Source: a virus (taxonomy: Duplodnaviria; Caudoviricetes). Taken from it: a DNA stretch of 64,000 nucleotides. A program made the translations under genes and the position numbers. Under the pieces are notes generated by a model that was not told the origin of the DNA, did no database searches, and worked only from the letters and a program-made list of their open reading frames with translations. Positions 19,476 to 28,191 of the stretch are shown here, in pieces (the stretch's first letter is position 1; the number at the start of each line of letters is the position of its first letter). The stretch lies in the IMG/VR virus record IMGVR_UViG_3300025120_010521, one strand, 5' to 3'.

Positions 19476-19503
19476 TTATAACAATTTTGTTTTGAAAATG
19501 CAA
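19476..19503 (-). promoter_or_regulatory. Sigma70-like promoter of folE
   Basis: TTGCAT-N16-TATAAT. Confidence 0.6.
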
Positions 19504-19511
19504 GTATTTTT

Positions 19512-19844
19512 TTAATGGTAAGAATAGTTAGCCATTGGATAGTAAATCCCATTATGATTCATTCCAAGTCTATCTTCATAGTCATCACTAATATCTGCTA
19601 TTTCAAAATATTGTCTTTTATGATGATATTCAGGTTCATGGCCAAATAATTCTAATATTTCTGCCATACTAACGTAACGTACACCTTTTTTTATTTTTTC
19701 TTTAAAGTATGTCGATAGAGAATCCATTACCTCTTGCTCTTGCCAATCAATTACGTCTGGTAATTTCATTCCGGAATCAATCTCAAACTGTAAGTGAGAT
19801 TTTCCTATTTTTTTCTTTGGTTTCTTTATTTTCTTGTTTGCCAT
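19512..19844 (-). CDS. Hypothetical protein
   Basis: ORF overlapping the glycosyltransferase 3' end. Confidence 0.55.
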   Translation of the reverse strand: MANKKIKKPKKKIGKSHLQFEIDSGMKLPDVIDWQEQEVMDSLSTYFKEKIKKGVRYVSMAEILELFGHEPEYHHKRQYFEIADISDDYEDRLGMNHNGIYYPMANYSYH

Positions 19845-20907
19845 AATTACTAATAGTATTTACTAAATTATTTGCAGAGAAATACGTATCAGTTAATTTT
19901 TGCTCTAAATCTTTTAATTTTGGCAACTTATTATCATAATTCTGCATATCATTTTTAATCATATCAACTAGCTTATATTTGTGTATTTCATAACTGGCAT
20001 AAGAACTAGTCCAAGTTGGATCATATTTCCAAATATCATCATACATTTCCGTATAACTTAATCTATCAGGAACTAATGGCATTGCACCAACTAGTATTCC
20101 TTCGTATGGTGATATACCTAATGTTTCTTGTGTATTTGCTGAGAACACCATTTTTGCTTCTCCAAGTAAAGTATGATATTCATCTTTAGTTAATTGTTCA
20201 TCTTGACACACAATAAATTCATACTGTGGTAAATGTTTTGCTAGGTCTCTAAATATTTGTGGTTGTTTTTCAGGAGCAATTCTATGTGGAAATAAAATTA
20301 AATCACGTTTTTTCATTCCATTATATTTTTTAAGAGTATCTTTCATATACTCCATTGGCCATCCACTTTGTATAATTTTATCATTTACACTACGGACTTT
20401 ATGTGATTTGCCAAATAATCTTACGTGAAATTCTGTTGCAAAATAGTTGTGGTCAAAACATTCAAACATTGATCTTTCTGCATGTCTTACCCATGGAGCA
20501 TCTCCAATCAATCTACCTAAAAAGTCTGCTGGATCATATGAGCCGGCATGCCATAGACCATGTGTGATAACTTTGATTCCAAGTAGTTCAGACATATACT
20601 TAACATTAATAATACCAGGATGCCAAGCATCAGTAAAAATAATATGGTCGCCATCTTTAACTTCGCCTTCAGTAAAGGCTCGTGATAGTTTTTCCATTTG
20701 TGTTGATTTATAAATATTTGTTCCACCAAAGTTTAAAAAAGCACCTGGTGTTGTTGCAGGTGGAATATCGTCAGCACCGTCAATAACTCTAACTAAAAAT
20801 CCTTCATCATTTAATAATTTAGGAACGTGTGTTTTCCACTGACAAGTATATCTTGTTTCTACTGATTCTAAATCTACTATCCAAACTTTTTGTATATCTA
20901 TTTTCAT
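19783..20907 (-). CDS. GT-B glycosyltransferase (GT4-like)
   Basis: FPHRIAPEKQP, QETLGIS..EG, PDRLSY donor-binding motifs. Confidence 0.75.
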   Translation of the reverse strand: MKIDIQKVWIVDLESVETRYTCQWKTHVPKLLNDEGFLVRVIDGADDIPPATTPGAFLNFGGTNIYKSTQMEKLSRAFTEGEVKDGDHIIFTDAWHPGIINVKYMSELLGIKVITHGLWHAGSYDPADFLGRLIGDAPWVRHAERSMFECFDHNYFATEFHVRLFGKSHKVRSVNDKIIQSGWPMEYMKDTLKKYNGMKKRDLILFPHRIAPEKQPQIFRDLAKHLPQYEFIVCQDEQLTKDEYHTLLGEAKMVFSANTQETLGISPYEGILVGAMPLVPDRLSYTEMYDDIWKYDPTWTSSYASYEIHKYKLVDMIKNDMQNYDNKLPKLKDLEQKLTDTYFSANNLVNTISNYGKQENKETKEKNRKISLTV

Positions 20908-20916
20908 TATTTGTTT

Positions 20917-20944
20917 ATTATATACGATTTATTAAAAATGTCAA
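20917..20944 (-). promoter_or_regulatory. Sigma70-like promoter
   Basis: TTGACA-N16-TATAAT. Confidence 0.65.
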
Positions 20945-21264
20945 TCTTTTTTAGGAGTAACATCTTTAACAACTTGCATGAATTGTTGGTATTGCTGTGG
21001 ATAATGTTTATTAACATGATCTAACATTCCTTGGACTGTTACATCATCACCGCCTGTACTATCTTTTAAAACTTTCCAGTTATCATAATCAATTATAACT
21101 GTTGATGAATCCCAATGCTTTGGTCTTAACTTATCAACAAAGTAAACATACTCTTGCACTCTCCATTTTCCTTCTGTGCCAAAGTTTTTCATTGATGTAT
21201 TAGCCCCTGGGGCCGGCATGTATGTGTGTTGGAATACTATAAAGTGACCTTTTTTAGTGCTCAT
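20941..21264 (-). CDS. Hypothetical protein
   Basis: Start revised to MSTKK at 21264, 5 nt after TAAATA. Confidence 0.6.
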   Translation of the reverse strand: MSTKKGHFIVFQHTYMPAPGANTSMKNFGTEGKWRVQEYVYFVDKLRPKHWDSSTVIIDYDNWKVLKDSTGGDDVTVQGMLDHVNKHYPQQYQQFMQVVKDVTPKKD

Positions 21265-21268
21265 ATAG

Positions 21269-22195
21269 TTATTTACCACGAATCATTTCTAGTTCTACCA
21301 TTGTAGCCGCTAGATTGATTTCTGGGTCAACAACCACTGCATGATTAACAATACCTTCACGTATTGCCAACAATGCTCTGTTTTGTTTTTCTTCTGTGTC
21401 ACCAAACCATTCAAGATTTTCATACATTTTACGATAAATTTTTTCATATGAATTAGAATCTGCATTTTCAACAATGTACTTTCTTGCTTTCTCAATGTCA
21501 CCGTTTTGGAACATAGCAACATAAGTAATCTCCATATTGCCTTCTGTAAGATCACCATCTTGTGGTTTTTCTAATTTATTAGTTTGTGAATTCATTTGGC
21601 AAGTGTTAATACACTTTCTTAAATCTGGATAGTTTGCTTTAACATAGATATCAAGTGTATCCATATCAAATTCAACTTTTTCATTTGTAAGTATTTCGCC
21701 AACTCTTACTGCAAACATAGTTTGATCTAAACTTTTAATATGAAATCCTTGACAACGTGAATGTATTGCTGGAATAACTCTACGTTCATAATTACAAGTT
21801 AATAAAAATCTACAAGTTGATGCAAACGACTCCATTAGTCCACGCAATATTGCTTGACCGTTTTGTGTAATATAATCTGCTTCATCTAATAAAACATATT
21901 TAAAATCACCAAACGGCATTGTTTGAGCGAAGTTTGTAATTTTTTCACGCATAACATCTACTGAGTTTTCATTAGATGCATTTATTTCTAATACATCACC
22001 TTTATCAACTTCTAATTCATGTAACAATAATTTTGCAAGTGTAGTCTTACCTGTACCCGGATCACCACTAAACAATAGATGCGGAATAGCTTTAGAGTCT
22101 ATCCAACTTTGAACTTGTCGTTCTTGTTGCTCGTCTCTAAATACGTATTCTTTTACTTTTTTAGGTCTGTATTGTTCTACCCAAAGTTGTTTCAT
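21269..22195 (-). CDS. Sliding-clamp loader AAA+ subunit (T4 gp44/RFC small-like)
   Basis: WVEQYRP, GDPGTGKT, NAS, LDEAD, AIHSRC, DLRKCIN. Confidence 0.9.
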   Translation of the reverse strand: MKQLWVEQYRPKKVKEYVFRDEQQERQVQSWIDSKAIPHLLFSGDPGTGKTTLAKLLLHELEVDKGDVLEINASNENSVDVMREKITNFAQTMPFGDFKYVLLDEADYITQNGQAILRGLMESFASTCRFLLTCNYERRVIPAIHSRCQGFHIKSLDQTMFAVRVGEILTNEKVEFDMDTLDIYVKANYPDLRKCINTCQMNSQTNKLEKPQDGDLTEGNMEITYVAMFQNGDIEKARKYIVENADSNSYEKIYRKMYENLEWFGDTEEKQNRALLAIREGIVNHAVVVDPEINLAATMVELEMIRGK

Positions 22196-22362
22196 TTTTT
22201 ATTCCCGCCAAATAAGTTTTTTACTGTTTCAATTGGTTTTTGCAGATGGTTATATACTGCCCATATTCTTTCAATATGCCCATCAAGTTTATTGTTGAGT
22301 TCATGAATTTGTTTCTTAATATCTGCAACATCTTTTTTTATTTTTTTTATATCATCTGACAT
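22192..22362 (-). CDS. Small coiled-coil protein (56 aa, not in ORF track)
   Basis: MSDDIKKIKKDVADIKKQIHELNNKLDGHIERIW...; ATGA overlap with the clamp loader; promoter at 22371-22399. Confidence 0.6.
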   Translation of the reverse strand: MSDDIKKIKKDVADIKKQIHELNNKLDGHIERIWAVYNHLQKPIETVKNLFGGNKK

Positions 22363-22370
22363 TATGCTTT

Positions 22371-22399
22371 ATTATAGTATAAATTGTATATTTTGTCAA
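22371..22399 (-). promoter_or_regulatory. Sigma70-like promoter
   Basis: TTGACA-N17-TATAAT perfect consensus. Confidence 0.75.
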
Positions 22400-22403
22400 A
22401 TGT

Positions 22404-22760
22404 TTAAAATGTAGCAACGCCGCCGTCCTGAAGATCATCTGGTTTGTCATTAGATTTACCAAGAATGCCTTTTGGGTCAGCAACACGAAGATCAAACTCT
22501 TCTCCATCATCTTCAACTTGCACGCCTTTTGTCCAACGACCATGTTCCATTAATACATAATCACCAGGTTGTACCCAATCAATTTCAGGACCAACAGCAT
22601 ATACTTCTGCCCAACGTGGTCTAATTCCATGTCCGCCATCTGAAATTTTATCTGCAGATGGAAGTATAATTCCACCTTTGGATTTCCGCATACCTTGATC
22701 AATACTTTTAACCAAGATTTTATTTCTCAAAGGACGTATTTTACCTTTTGTTACGTGCAT
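22404..22760 (-). CDS. groES: Co-chaperonin GroES (gp31-like)
   Basis: IRPLRNKILV, SKGGIILP mobile loop, VYAVGP, GDYV. Confidence 0.85.
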   Translation of the reverse strand: MHVTKGKIRPLRNKILVKSIDQGMRKSKGGIILPSADKISDGGHGIRPRWAEVYAVGPEIDWVQPGDYVLMEHGRWTKGVQVEDDGEEFDLRVADPKGILGKSNDKPDDLQDGGVATF

Positions 22761-22763
22761 ATT

Positions 22764-23135
22764 TTACTCTTCTGTTTCTTGTACTAATTCAATATCACCA
22801 TTTGGCAATTCAACTTCTTTCATTTTTGGTTGTTTTGCTTTTGGCTTTGCTGTCTTTTGTGTTTTTGGTTTTTCAGTTACAGGTTGTTCCATTGTTTTTG
22901 TTGCTGAAACATCAACTGCATCTTTAATACTTACAGTTTTTACAGCCGCTTTAGGATTATTTTGATAGTATGCTTGAGCTTGTTCAGTTTTTGTTTTTAC
23001 AACATTACCTTTAGTGTCTAATTGATCACCTCTAGCATTAACTTTCATGTTACCTACTGCTACTGCTTCTTCATTTGTTAATACAAGACTCGACATATCA
23101 ATTGCCTGTCCTCTATTTGATTTTTTAATTGACAT
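22764..23135 (-). CDS. Hypothetical phage protein
   Basis: ORF with GGAG SD. Confidence 0.65.
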   Translation of the reverse strand: MSIKKSNRGQAIDMSSLVLTNEEAVAVGNMKVNARGDQLDTKGNVVKTKTEQAQAYYQNNPKAAVKTVSIKDAVDVSATKTMEQPVTEKPKTQKTAKPKAKQPKMKEVELPNGDIELVQETEE

Positions 23136-23154
23136 AAGTTATACTCCTATATAA

Positions 23155-23694
23155 TTATTTATCTTTCAAAAAGTCAGTAATATTTAGACCATATTTGATA
23201 GAATTTACTTTGTGTACCCCTAATAGATACAATATGTATGATGATACAGATGATCCTCTACCTACTCCCCATACAATTTTATTTTCTCTCATTGTGTCGA
23301 TTAAATATACTAAAAATCTTAATACATCTAGTATAGCAAATTTTTTGTATAAAATCAATTCTTCTTCAACTCTTATTTTTTCATTTGTGTCTTTAGCTAA
23401 ATTTCTAACATGTTCTTCAATATCCATATTTTTATAATTACTTGGCATGTACCAATCTGATTGTAATGCACGATCATAATCTTCAACTGGAATATCTATA
23501 TCAGTTAATTTTTTGATAGCTGGCCACTCTAATGATAAATCTTCTATAATAGAATTATACTTTTCAACTCTATCATCATTAACTCTAACCTTATCAATAT
23601 CATAACCTTGATATACCAATTCAATTAAATCATTGCAATTTACGATTGGTTCACCATATTGATTTGTGTTTGTAATACGACCTACTTCTGACAT
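23155..23694 (-). CDS. DNA polymerase III alpha (DnaE) fragment-like protein
   Basis: RVEEEL...WGVGRGSSVSSYILYLLGVHKVNSIKYGL matches the DnaE GRGS region; ends before PDIDxD. Confidence 0.75.
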   Translation of the reverse strand: MSEVGRITNTNQYGEPIVNCNDLIELVYQGYDIDKVRVNDDRVEKYNSIIEDLSLEWPAIKKLTDIDIPVEDYDRALQSDWYMPSNYKNMDIEEHVRNLAKDTNEKIRVEEELILYKKFAILDVLRFLVYLIDTMRENKIVWGVGRGSSVSSYILYLLGVHKVNSIKYGLNITDFLKDK

Positions 23695-23700
23695 AGTTGT

Positions 23701-23729
23701 ATAATATATTAAAATGTATTGATTGTCAA
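23701..23729 (-). promoter_or_regulatory. Sigma70-like promoter, leaderless
   Basis: TTGACA-N17-TATTAT, ATG 6 nt downstream. Confidence 0.6.
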
Positions 23730-23735
23730 GATCTT

Positions 23736-24107
23736 TTAAGCTTCGCTAACTCGCTGATTCCACTTTTGTGTTAAGTTGCTTACCCAGTTTGTTTTAACTG
23801 CTTGTACACAGGCACCATATGTACATCCTGCTTTTTTGTATTTTTTGTACAATTTTTCTGCTTCTAGTATAATGCTTTGTTTTTCTAAATGTTTAGCATA
23901 TTGATCTTTAGACTTTTGATCTCTACGTCCGGCCAATTCTCTATAAAAGTTTTCATGTGCTGTCATGCTTCTAATTGTTTGCATATCAACAAATATAAAC
24001 TTACGTCTATCTCTTTTTATTGCATTTGTGATTTTTCGGCTTGGTCGTCCAGTCGTTCCACCATTGGAAGTTTTTTTTACTCCAGAACCTGAATTGCCTT
24101 TTGCCAT
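23736..24107 (-). CDS. Basic hypothetical protein
   Basis: K/R-rich; ATAAATA 6 nt upstream. Confidence 0.65.
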   Translation of the reverse strand: MAKGNSGSGVKKTSNGGTTGRPSRKITNAIKRDRRKFIFVDMQTIRSMTAHENFYRELAGRRDQKSKDQYAKHLEKQSIILEAEKLYKKYKKAGCTYGACVQAVKTNWVSNLTQKWNQRVSEA

Positions 24108-24132
24108 ATAATATATTTATGATATGTGTTAA

Positions 24133-24363
24133 TTAATCACCTATTGTGAAAGGTTTTTCGTCAAATCTTTCTAAATCTTGTTCTTTAGTTTGACGATCTC
24201 GCAATTCTTGTGTAAGAAATGCTAGTTGACGTTGCATCTGTTTGTGTGCTTCTGTATATCCACCACGTCTACCAACTTGATTAATTTTATTTTGAATTGA
24301 GTTAATCAACTTCATTAGTTGATCGTTATCTAAATCTGGTTGTTCAAAAACATTTTTAGGCAC
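24133..24363 (-). CDS. Hypothetical helical protein
   Basis: Probable GTG start at 24363 with GGGGAG SD 7 nt upstream, inside the iscA end. Confidence 0.55.
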   Translation of the reverse strand: MPKNVFEQPDLDNDQLMKLINSIQNKINQVGRRGGYTEAHKQMQRQLAFLTQELRDRQTKEQDLERFDEKPFTIGD

Positions 24364-24676
24364 CAAAACTCTCCCCACATCCGCATGATGATGTTGCATT
24401 TGGATTTACAACATTTAAATATGATCCACCTAATTCTTCAACATAGTCAATTGTACAACCAAGTATGTACATTTCAGCAACTTTATCTATTAATAATGCT
24501 TTGCCTTCATTTAGTTCAAATTTAATTGTATCTTCAGCTTCTTCATCTGCGAAGTTCCATTCATACTTAAAACCTGCACATCCACCGCCTTTAACAGAAA
24601 AACGCACATATGGTTTATCTTTGCTTAATGCTGTGTTAGTTAAATATGATTTTGCTGTATCTGTTATGTTAATCAT
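24356..24676 (-). CDS. iscA: A-type Fe-S carrier (IscA/SufA/ErpA, HesB family)
   Basis: GGGCAGFKY, IDY, NPNATSSCGCGESF. Confidence 0.93.
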   Translation of the reverse strand: MINITDTAKSYLTNTALSKDKPYVRFSVKGGGCAGFKYEWNFADEEAEDTIKFELNEGKALLIDKVAEMYILGCTIDYVEELGGSYLNVVNPNATSSCGCGESFGA

Positions 24677-25199
24677 TTGTAGTATTTATCTGTTTTTGCG
24701 ATCTAAGTCGTCTACGTTTTTTAGCTTGTTTTGATGTGCTTAACAGCCTATCATAGTTATCAAGTTGTCTTTGGTTTTCATTAAACCATGTTACATATTC
24801 AATTGCTCTTGTTTTTGCCGCTGGATTGTAAATTATATTTGTATAATAAGGATGATAAAGACTATCATTTTCATCTTGCATATATTTGATATAAATTTCA
24901 CCATCAATAACTGTAAAGTGTTTATCTTTTTTTATATAATAATCATTACCGCTTGGATAGTTGCGAACCTTAATGTGGTTTGGTGGTATTCTATCAATCC
25001 AATGCATTCGTGGAAACCAAGAACGTTTACCGTTCCAAGATACACACTCTGGTCTATCTTGTGTTACTTCCCATGCCATTACATAACAAGGATCGTTATC
25101 AATTTTACCTTGAGCTACAACTAGCTCGTCACCAAAGTTATTCTTGCGACCTGATCGCCACACAGTTTTTTCAATAGTGTAATTTTCAGGTCGCGACAT
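24669..25199 (-). CDS. Hypothetical protein
   Basis: 176 aa ORF, GGA SD. Confidence 0.6.
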   Translation of the reverse strand: MSRPENYTIEKTVWRSGRKNNFGDELVVAQGKIDNDPCYVMAWEVTQDRPECVSWNGKRSWFPRMHWIDRIPPNHIKVRNYPSGNDYYIKKDKHFTVIDGEIYIKYMQDENDSLYHPYYTNIIYNPAAKTRAIEYVTWFNENQRQLDNYDRLLSTSKQAKKRRRLRSQKQINTTND

Positions 25200-25208
25200 T
25201 TTGAATCC

Positions 25209-25400
25209 TTAGGCACTCGCAGTTTCGGTAGTTTTTGCTTCTTGTATTTCTTTTCTTCTTACTTTTGCAAGTTTTGTGATTTCAGATAAGGCTTTTCTAG
25301 CTCTTGTGCCTGCCGCCTTATTACCTTTTTCAGAAAACTTATCATTGTTGTCTTTGTATTCTTCAAACAATGTTAATAATTGTTGACTTGTAGTACTCAT
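25209..25400 (-). CDS. Histone H1-like Hc1-family small basic protein
   Basis: KGNKAAGTRARKALSEITKLAKVRRKEIQ; AAGGAG SD. Confidence 0.8.
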   Translation of the reverse strand: MSTTSQQLLTLFEEYKDNNDKFSEKGNKAAGTRARKALSEITKLAKVRRKEIQEAKTTETASA

Positions 25401-25423
25401 AATTATTTCTCCTTAACTTTGTT

Positions 25424-25452
25424 ATTTTAATATATTTTCTTGTCAAAGTCAA
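25424..25452 (-). promoter_or_regulatory. Sigma70-like promoter of the Hc1-like gene
   Basis: TTGACT-N17-TAAAAT. Confidence 0.55.
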
Positions 25453-25483
25453 TTAAATTCACTAAACCCCAATCAAGGTGGCC

Positions 25484-25671
25484 AAAAGTGAGCAAAAAAT
25501 TTGTCCCACTCAATTAGGGTTCCGTTATTATATTTCTACCAGATGGTAACGTATATACAACGCGATATAATTCATCCTCATTCAAGAGATCTTACCCCTC
25601 AAGATTCATGGTTTATACCAAACCCAAAAAACCAACGATAGCTTGAACCTCAAGTTTCTATGGTTTCTCAC
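25484..25671 (-). ncRNA. Candidate structured small RNA (~188 nt) directly downstream of hfq
   Basis: No credible ORF; ATAAATA at 25678-25684 with +1 geometry; several hairpins; terminal hairpin 25488-25509 plus U4. Confidence 0.5.
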
Positions 25672-25705
25672 TATATGTATTTATATATTAAAACTACTGA
25701 TAATA

Positions 25706-25912
25706 TTATAATGTAATTGGATCAATTGGCATTATTGTTGAAATTGCATTTTTATATACTAATTGAGTATGTTGCTCACGTTGTAGATACAATGTGCTCT
25801 CATCCATTGCCGTTATGACGCCACTCAATTTAATACCGTTAATTAAAAAAACAGTAACTTGAGATTTTGCATCTAATAATTTTTTTATAAATTTGTCTTC
25901 TTGTTCATGCAT
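25706..25912 (-). CDS. hfq: RNA chaperone Hfq homolog (divergent)
   Basis: Sm1 VFLINGIKLSGVI and Sm2 QLVYKNAISTIMP. Confidence 0.9.
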   Translation of the reverse strand: MHEQEDKFIKKLLDAKSQVTVFLINGIKLSGVITAMDESTLYLQREQHTQLVYKNAISTIMPIDPITL

Positions 25913-25945
25913 GATAATTAATAACCTTCATAAGTATTTATCCAG

Positions 25946-26158
25946 TTATTTATTATCTTTAGAGTTTTTAACCAATTTCATCATCATTAGGTATTGTTGA
26001 TACGATTCTTCGACTGCTGGGTATCTCCTACGCATATATTGTTCATGTTTTGCTCGTTGATCTAGTTTAAACTGTTTACGTTTTAATGTATACAGATCTT
26101 GTTCGAGTTGTTTTATTTTATGCGTTTGTAAGTACTCGTCAGGAGCCATTTGTGTCAA
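25946..26158 (-). CDS. Hypothetical coiled-coil protein
   Basis: ORF overlapping the pepA end. Confidence 0.6.
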   Translation of the reverse strand: MTQMAPDEYLQTHKIKQLEQDLYTLKRKQFKLDQRAKHEQYMRRRYPAVEESYQQYLMMMKLVKNSKDNK

Positions 26159-27635
26159 TCCACTTATTCAACAATTTAATACCCCATCCTGTAGCACCAC
26201 CACTTGCTGTCATTGACCCTTTATCATTCCAAGTAACTCCTGCTATATCAATGTGTGTCCAAGGAACATCATTTACAAACCTCTGTAAAAATTGTGCCGC
26301 TGTTGTTGAACTTGCTTCGCCGCCTTTACCAACATTATGCATGTCAGCAATTGTTGAATCAACGTATTTGTCGTATCTTTCTCCAATTGGATCGCATGGT
26401 AAACGCCATACTTTTTCATCTACTTTATGTCCTGCATCAATAAGTTGATTGCTTAAATCATCATTGTTTGAAAATATGCCAGCAAGTTGATCACCAAGTG
26501 CAATTGAAATTGCTCCGGTTAATGTTGCTAGATTAATCATTGTTTTTGGCTTATATGTTTTTTGTGTGTACCATAAACAGTCTGCTAGAACTACTCTACC
26601 CTCAGCATCTGTATTATCAATTTCAATAGTTTGCCCACTCATTGAGTTGATTACATCTCCAGGCTTATATGCATTACTAGACACCATATTTTCTACTAGC
26701 CCAATAACACCAACTGCGTTAATAGGTAGGTTACGTTTTGCAATACTGATCATTGTACCAACAACCACTGCTGAACCACCCATATCATATTTCATGTCTT
26801 TCAAGCCTCTAGATGGTTTAATTGAATATCCACCAGTATCAAATGTAACTCCTTTACCAACAAAGGCCCTAGGTGCATCACCTTTTTTGCCTTTCATCCA
26901 TTCCATTACAACCATTTTAGATTCTCTAGCACTACCTTGGCCAACTGCCAATAGTGCTTCAGCACCCATTTCTTTTAGTTCTTTTTCACCATATACTTTT
27001 ACTTTGAGTCCTAGTGCTTCTAATCCTTTAACACGTTCAGCATAAGATTCAGGATACAGTACATTTGAAGGCTCTGAAATTAAATCTTTTGCAAATGCTG
27101 TGCCTTCAATTACTGCGTCTTTGTGTGCATACTCTTCTTTTACTTTTTTTAAGTCAGCACCTTCTTGACATATATCAACTTCAAATAATGTTTCTTCTTT
27201 GTCTTTTTTAGTAAAGTATTTGTCAAACTTATATTCTTTTAACTGCATACCAAAAGCAACATTAGTAGATGATGGTAGTACTTCTTTGTCAACAAATGCA
27301 AGTACACGACCTTGTGTGCCACGTTCTTTTAATTTACTATAAATTGCTCCACCTACTTTTTCTAATTTAGCATCATCTAATTTAACAGGATCTCCTACAC
27401 TAACAAACAATGCATCATGGCAAGGCAAGTTGTTAGATGTAATAAAAAAACTATCTAAAAATTTACCTTTAAAATTATTGTGTGTAATTGTTTCGCTTAA
27501 TAATCCATCAGTGCCTTCATCTAGTATTGATGATGAATGAGATAATTGTACTGCATCGTCTTTTGTATAAAGTAAATGTACTTCGCAAGTACTTTCGCCA
27601 CTTGATTCTATATCGTTAATAAAATCTATTTTCAT
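26139..27635 (-). CDS. pepA: Leucyl aminopeptidase (M17)
   Basis: VGKGVTFDTGG, MKYDMGG, NTDAEGR, HIDIAG; LATLTG shows a D-to-N change at the usual DLATLTG. Confidence 0.93.
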   Translation of the reverse strand: MKIDFINDIESSGESTCEVHLLYTKDDAVQLSHSSSILDEGTDGLLSETITHNNFKGKFLDSFFITSNNLPCHDALFVSVGDPVKLDDAKLEKVGGAIYSKLKERGTQGRVLAFVDKEVLPSSTNVAFGMQLKEYKFDKYFTKKDKEETLFEVDICQEGADLKKVKEEYAHKDAVIEGTAFAKDLISEPSNVLYPESYAERVKGLEALGLKVKVYGEKELKEMGAEALLAVGQGSARESKMVVMEWMKGKKGDAPRAFVGKGVTFDTGGYSIKPSRGLKDMKYDMGGSAVVVGTMISIAKRNLPINAVGVIGLVENMVSSNAYKPGDVINSMSGQTIEIDNTDAEGRVVLADCLWYTQKTYKPKTMINLATLTGAISIALGDQLAGIFSNNDDLSNQLIDAGHKVDEKVWRLPCDPIGERYDKYVDSTIADMHNVGKGGEASSTTAAQFLQRFVNDVPWTHIDIAGVTWNDKGSMTASGGATGWGIKLLNKWIDTNGS

Positions 27636-27859
27636 TTGACCTCCATGTCTTTAGTAAGAACTAAAGGTTTTTCTGAAAACATTTCTGAATATACTTTTAG
27701 ATCTTCTTGTTCTTTTTGTTCTCGCTGATCAAATATTTCTATTTGAATTGCTTGTTTAATATCATATGCAAGTTGTGGCCATTTGACTACAAAGTTATGA
27801 ACAAACTCATCTCGTTGTTTTTGATTCATTCTTGCAATTTGTTCTACTACATCAGTCAT
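27632..27859 (-). CDS. Hypothetical protein
   Basis: ATGA-coupled ORF. Confidence 0.6.
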   Translation of the reverse strand: MTDVVEQIARMNQKQRDEFVHNFVVKWPQLAYDIKQAIQIEIFDQREQKEQEDLKVYSEMFSEKPLVLTKDMEVK

Positions 27860-28191
27860 GCAACATTTTCTTCCTTAGGCATTTCATACATTGGAAATTC
27901 TGCCTTACCACGTTTAGGTTCGTGCATACCTACTGCCCAACCATTTTCTAATTCAACCCAGTACTTTACGGTCTTTTCTGGACCAGGCCATCCATAATTA
28001 CCAGCATTACGATCTTTAATTTTTACGTCGCTAAACTGTCTGGCAGGAATATCTTTTTTCTTATATTTTGCCATCTTCCACCACCATTGAAAATCTAAAC
28101 CAAGTGTAGTTTCATTTTCAAGTTCTTTTGATATTCCATATTGTTCTGATGCATACAGTCCTAATGGATCGTTTTTGTCTATTTTAGGCAT
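27856..28191 (-). CDS. Hypothetical protein
   Basis: ATGA-coupled ORF. Confidence 0.6.
   Translation of the reverse strand: MPKIDKNDPLGLYASEQYGISKELENETTLGLDFQWWWKMAKYKKKDIPARQFSDVKIKDRNAGNYGWPGPEKTVKYWVELENGWAVGMHEPKRGKAEFPMYEMPKEENVA

Noticed and set aside
24340-24363. Apparent frameshift ATG TTT TT GAA at the start of ORF 24133
   Set aside because: An in-frame GTG at 24363 with a GGGGAG SD 7 nt upstream explains initiation without a frameshift.
25488-25671. 6S RNA, tmRNA or RNase P identity for the candidate sRNA (184 nt between terminal GTGAG and CTCAC)
   Set aside because: End-to-end pairing stops after about 8 bp, and no tmRNA or RNase P signature sequences are visible.
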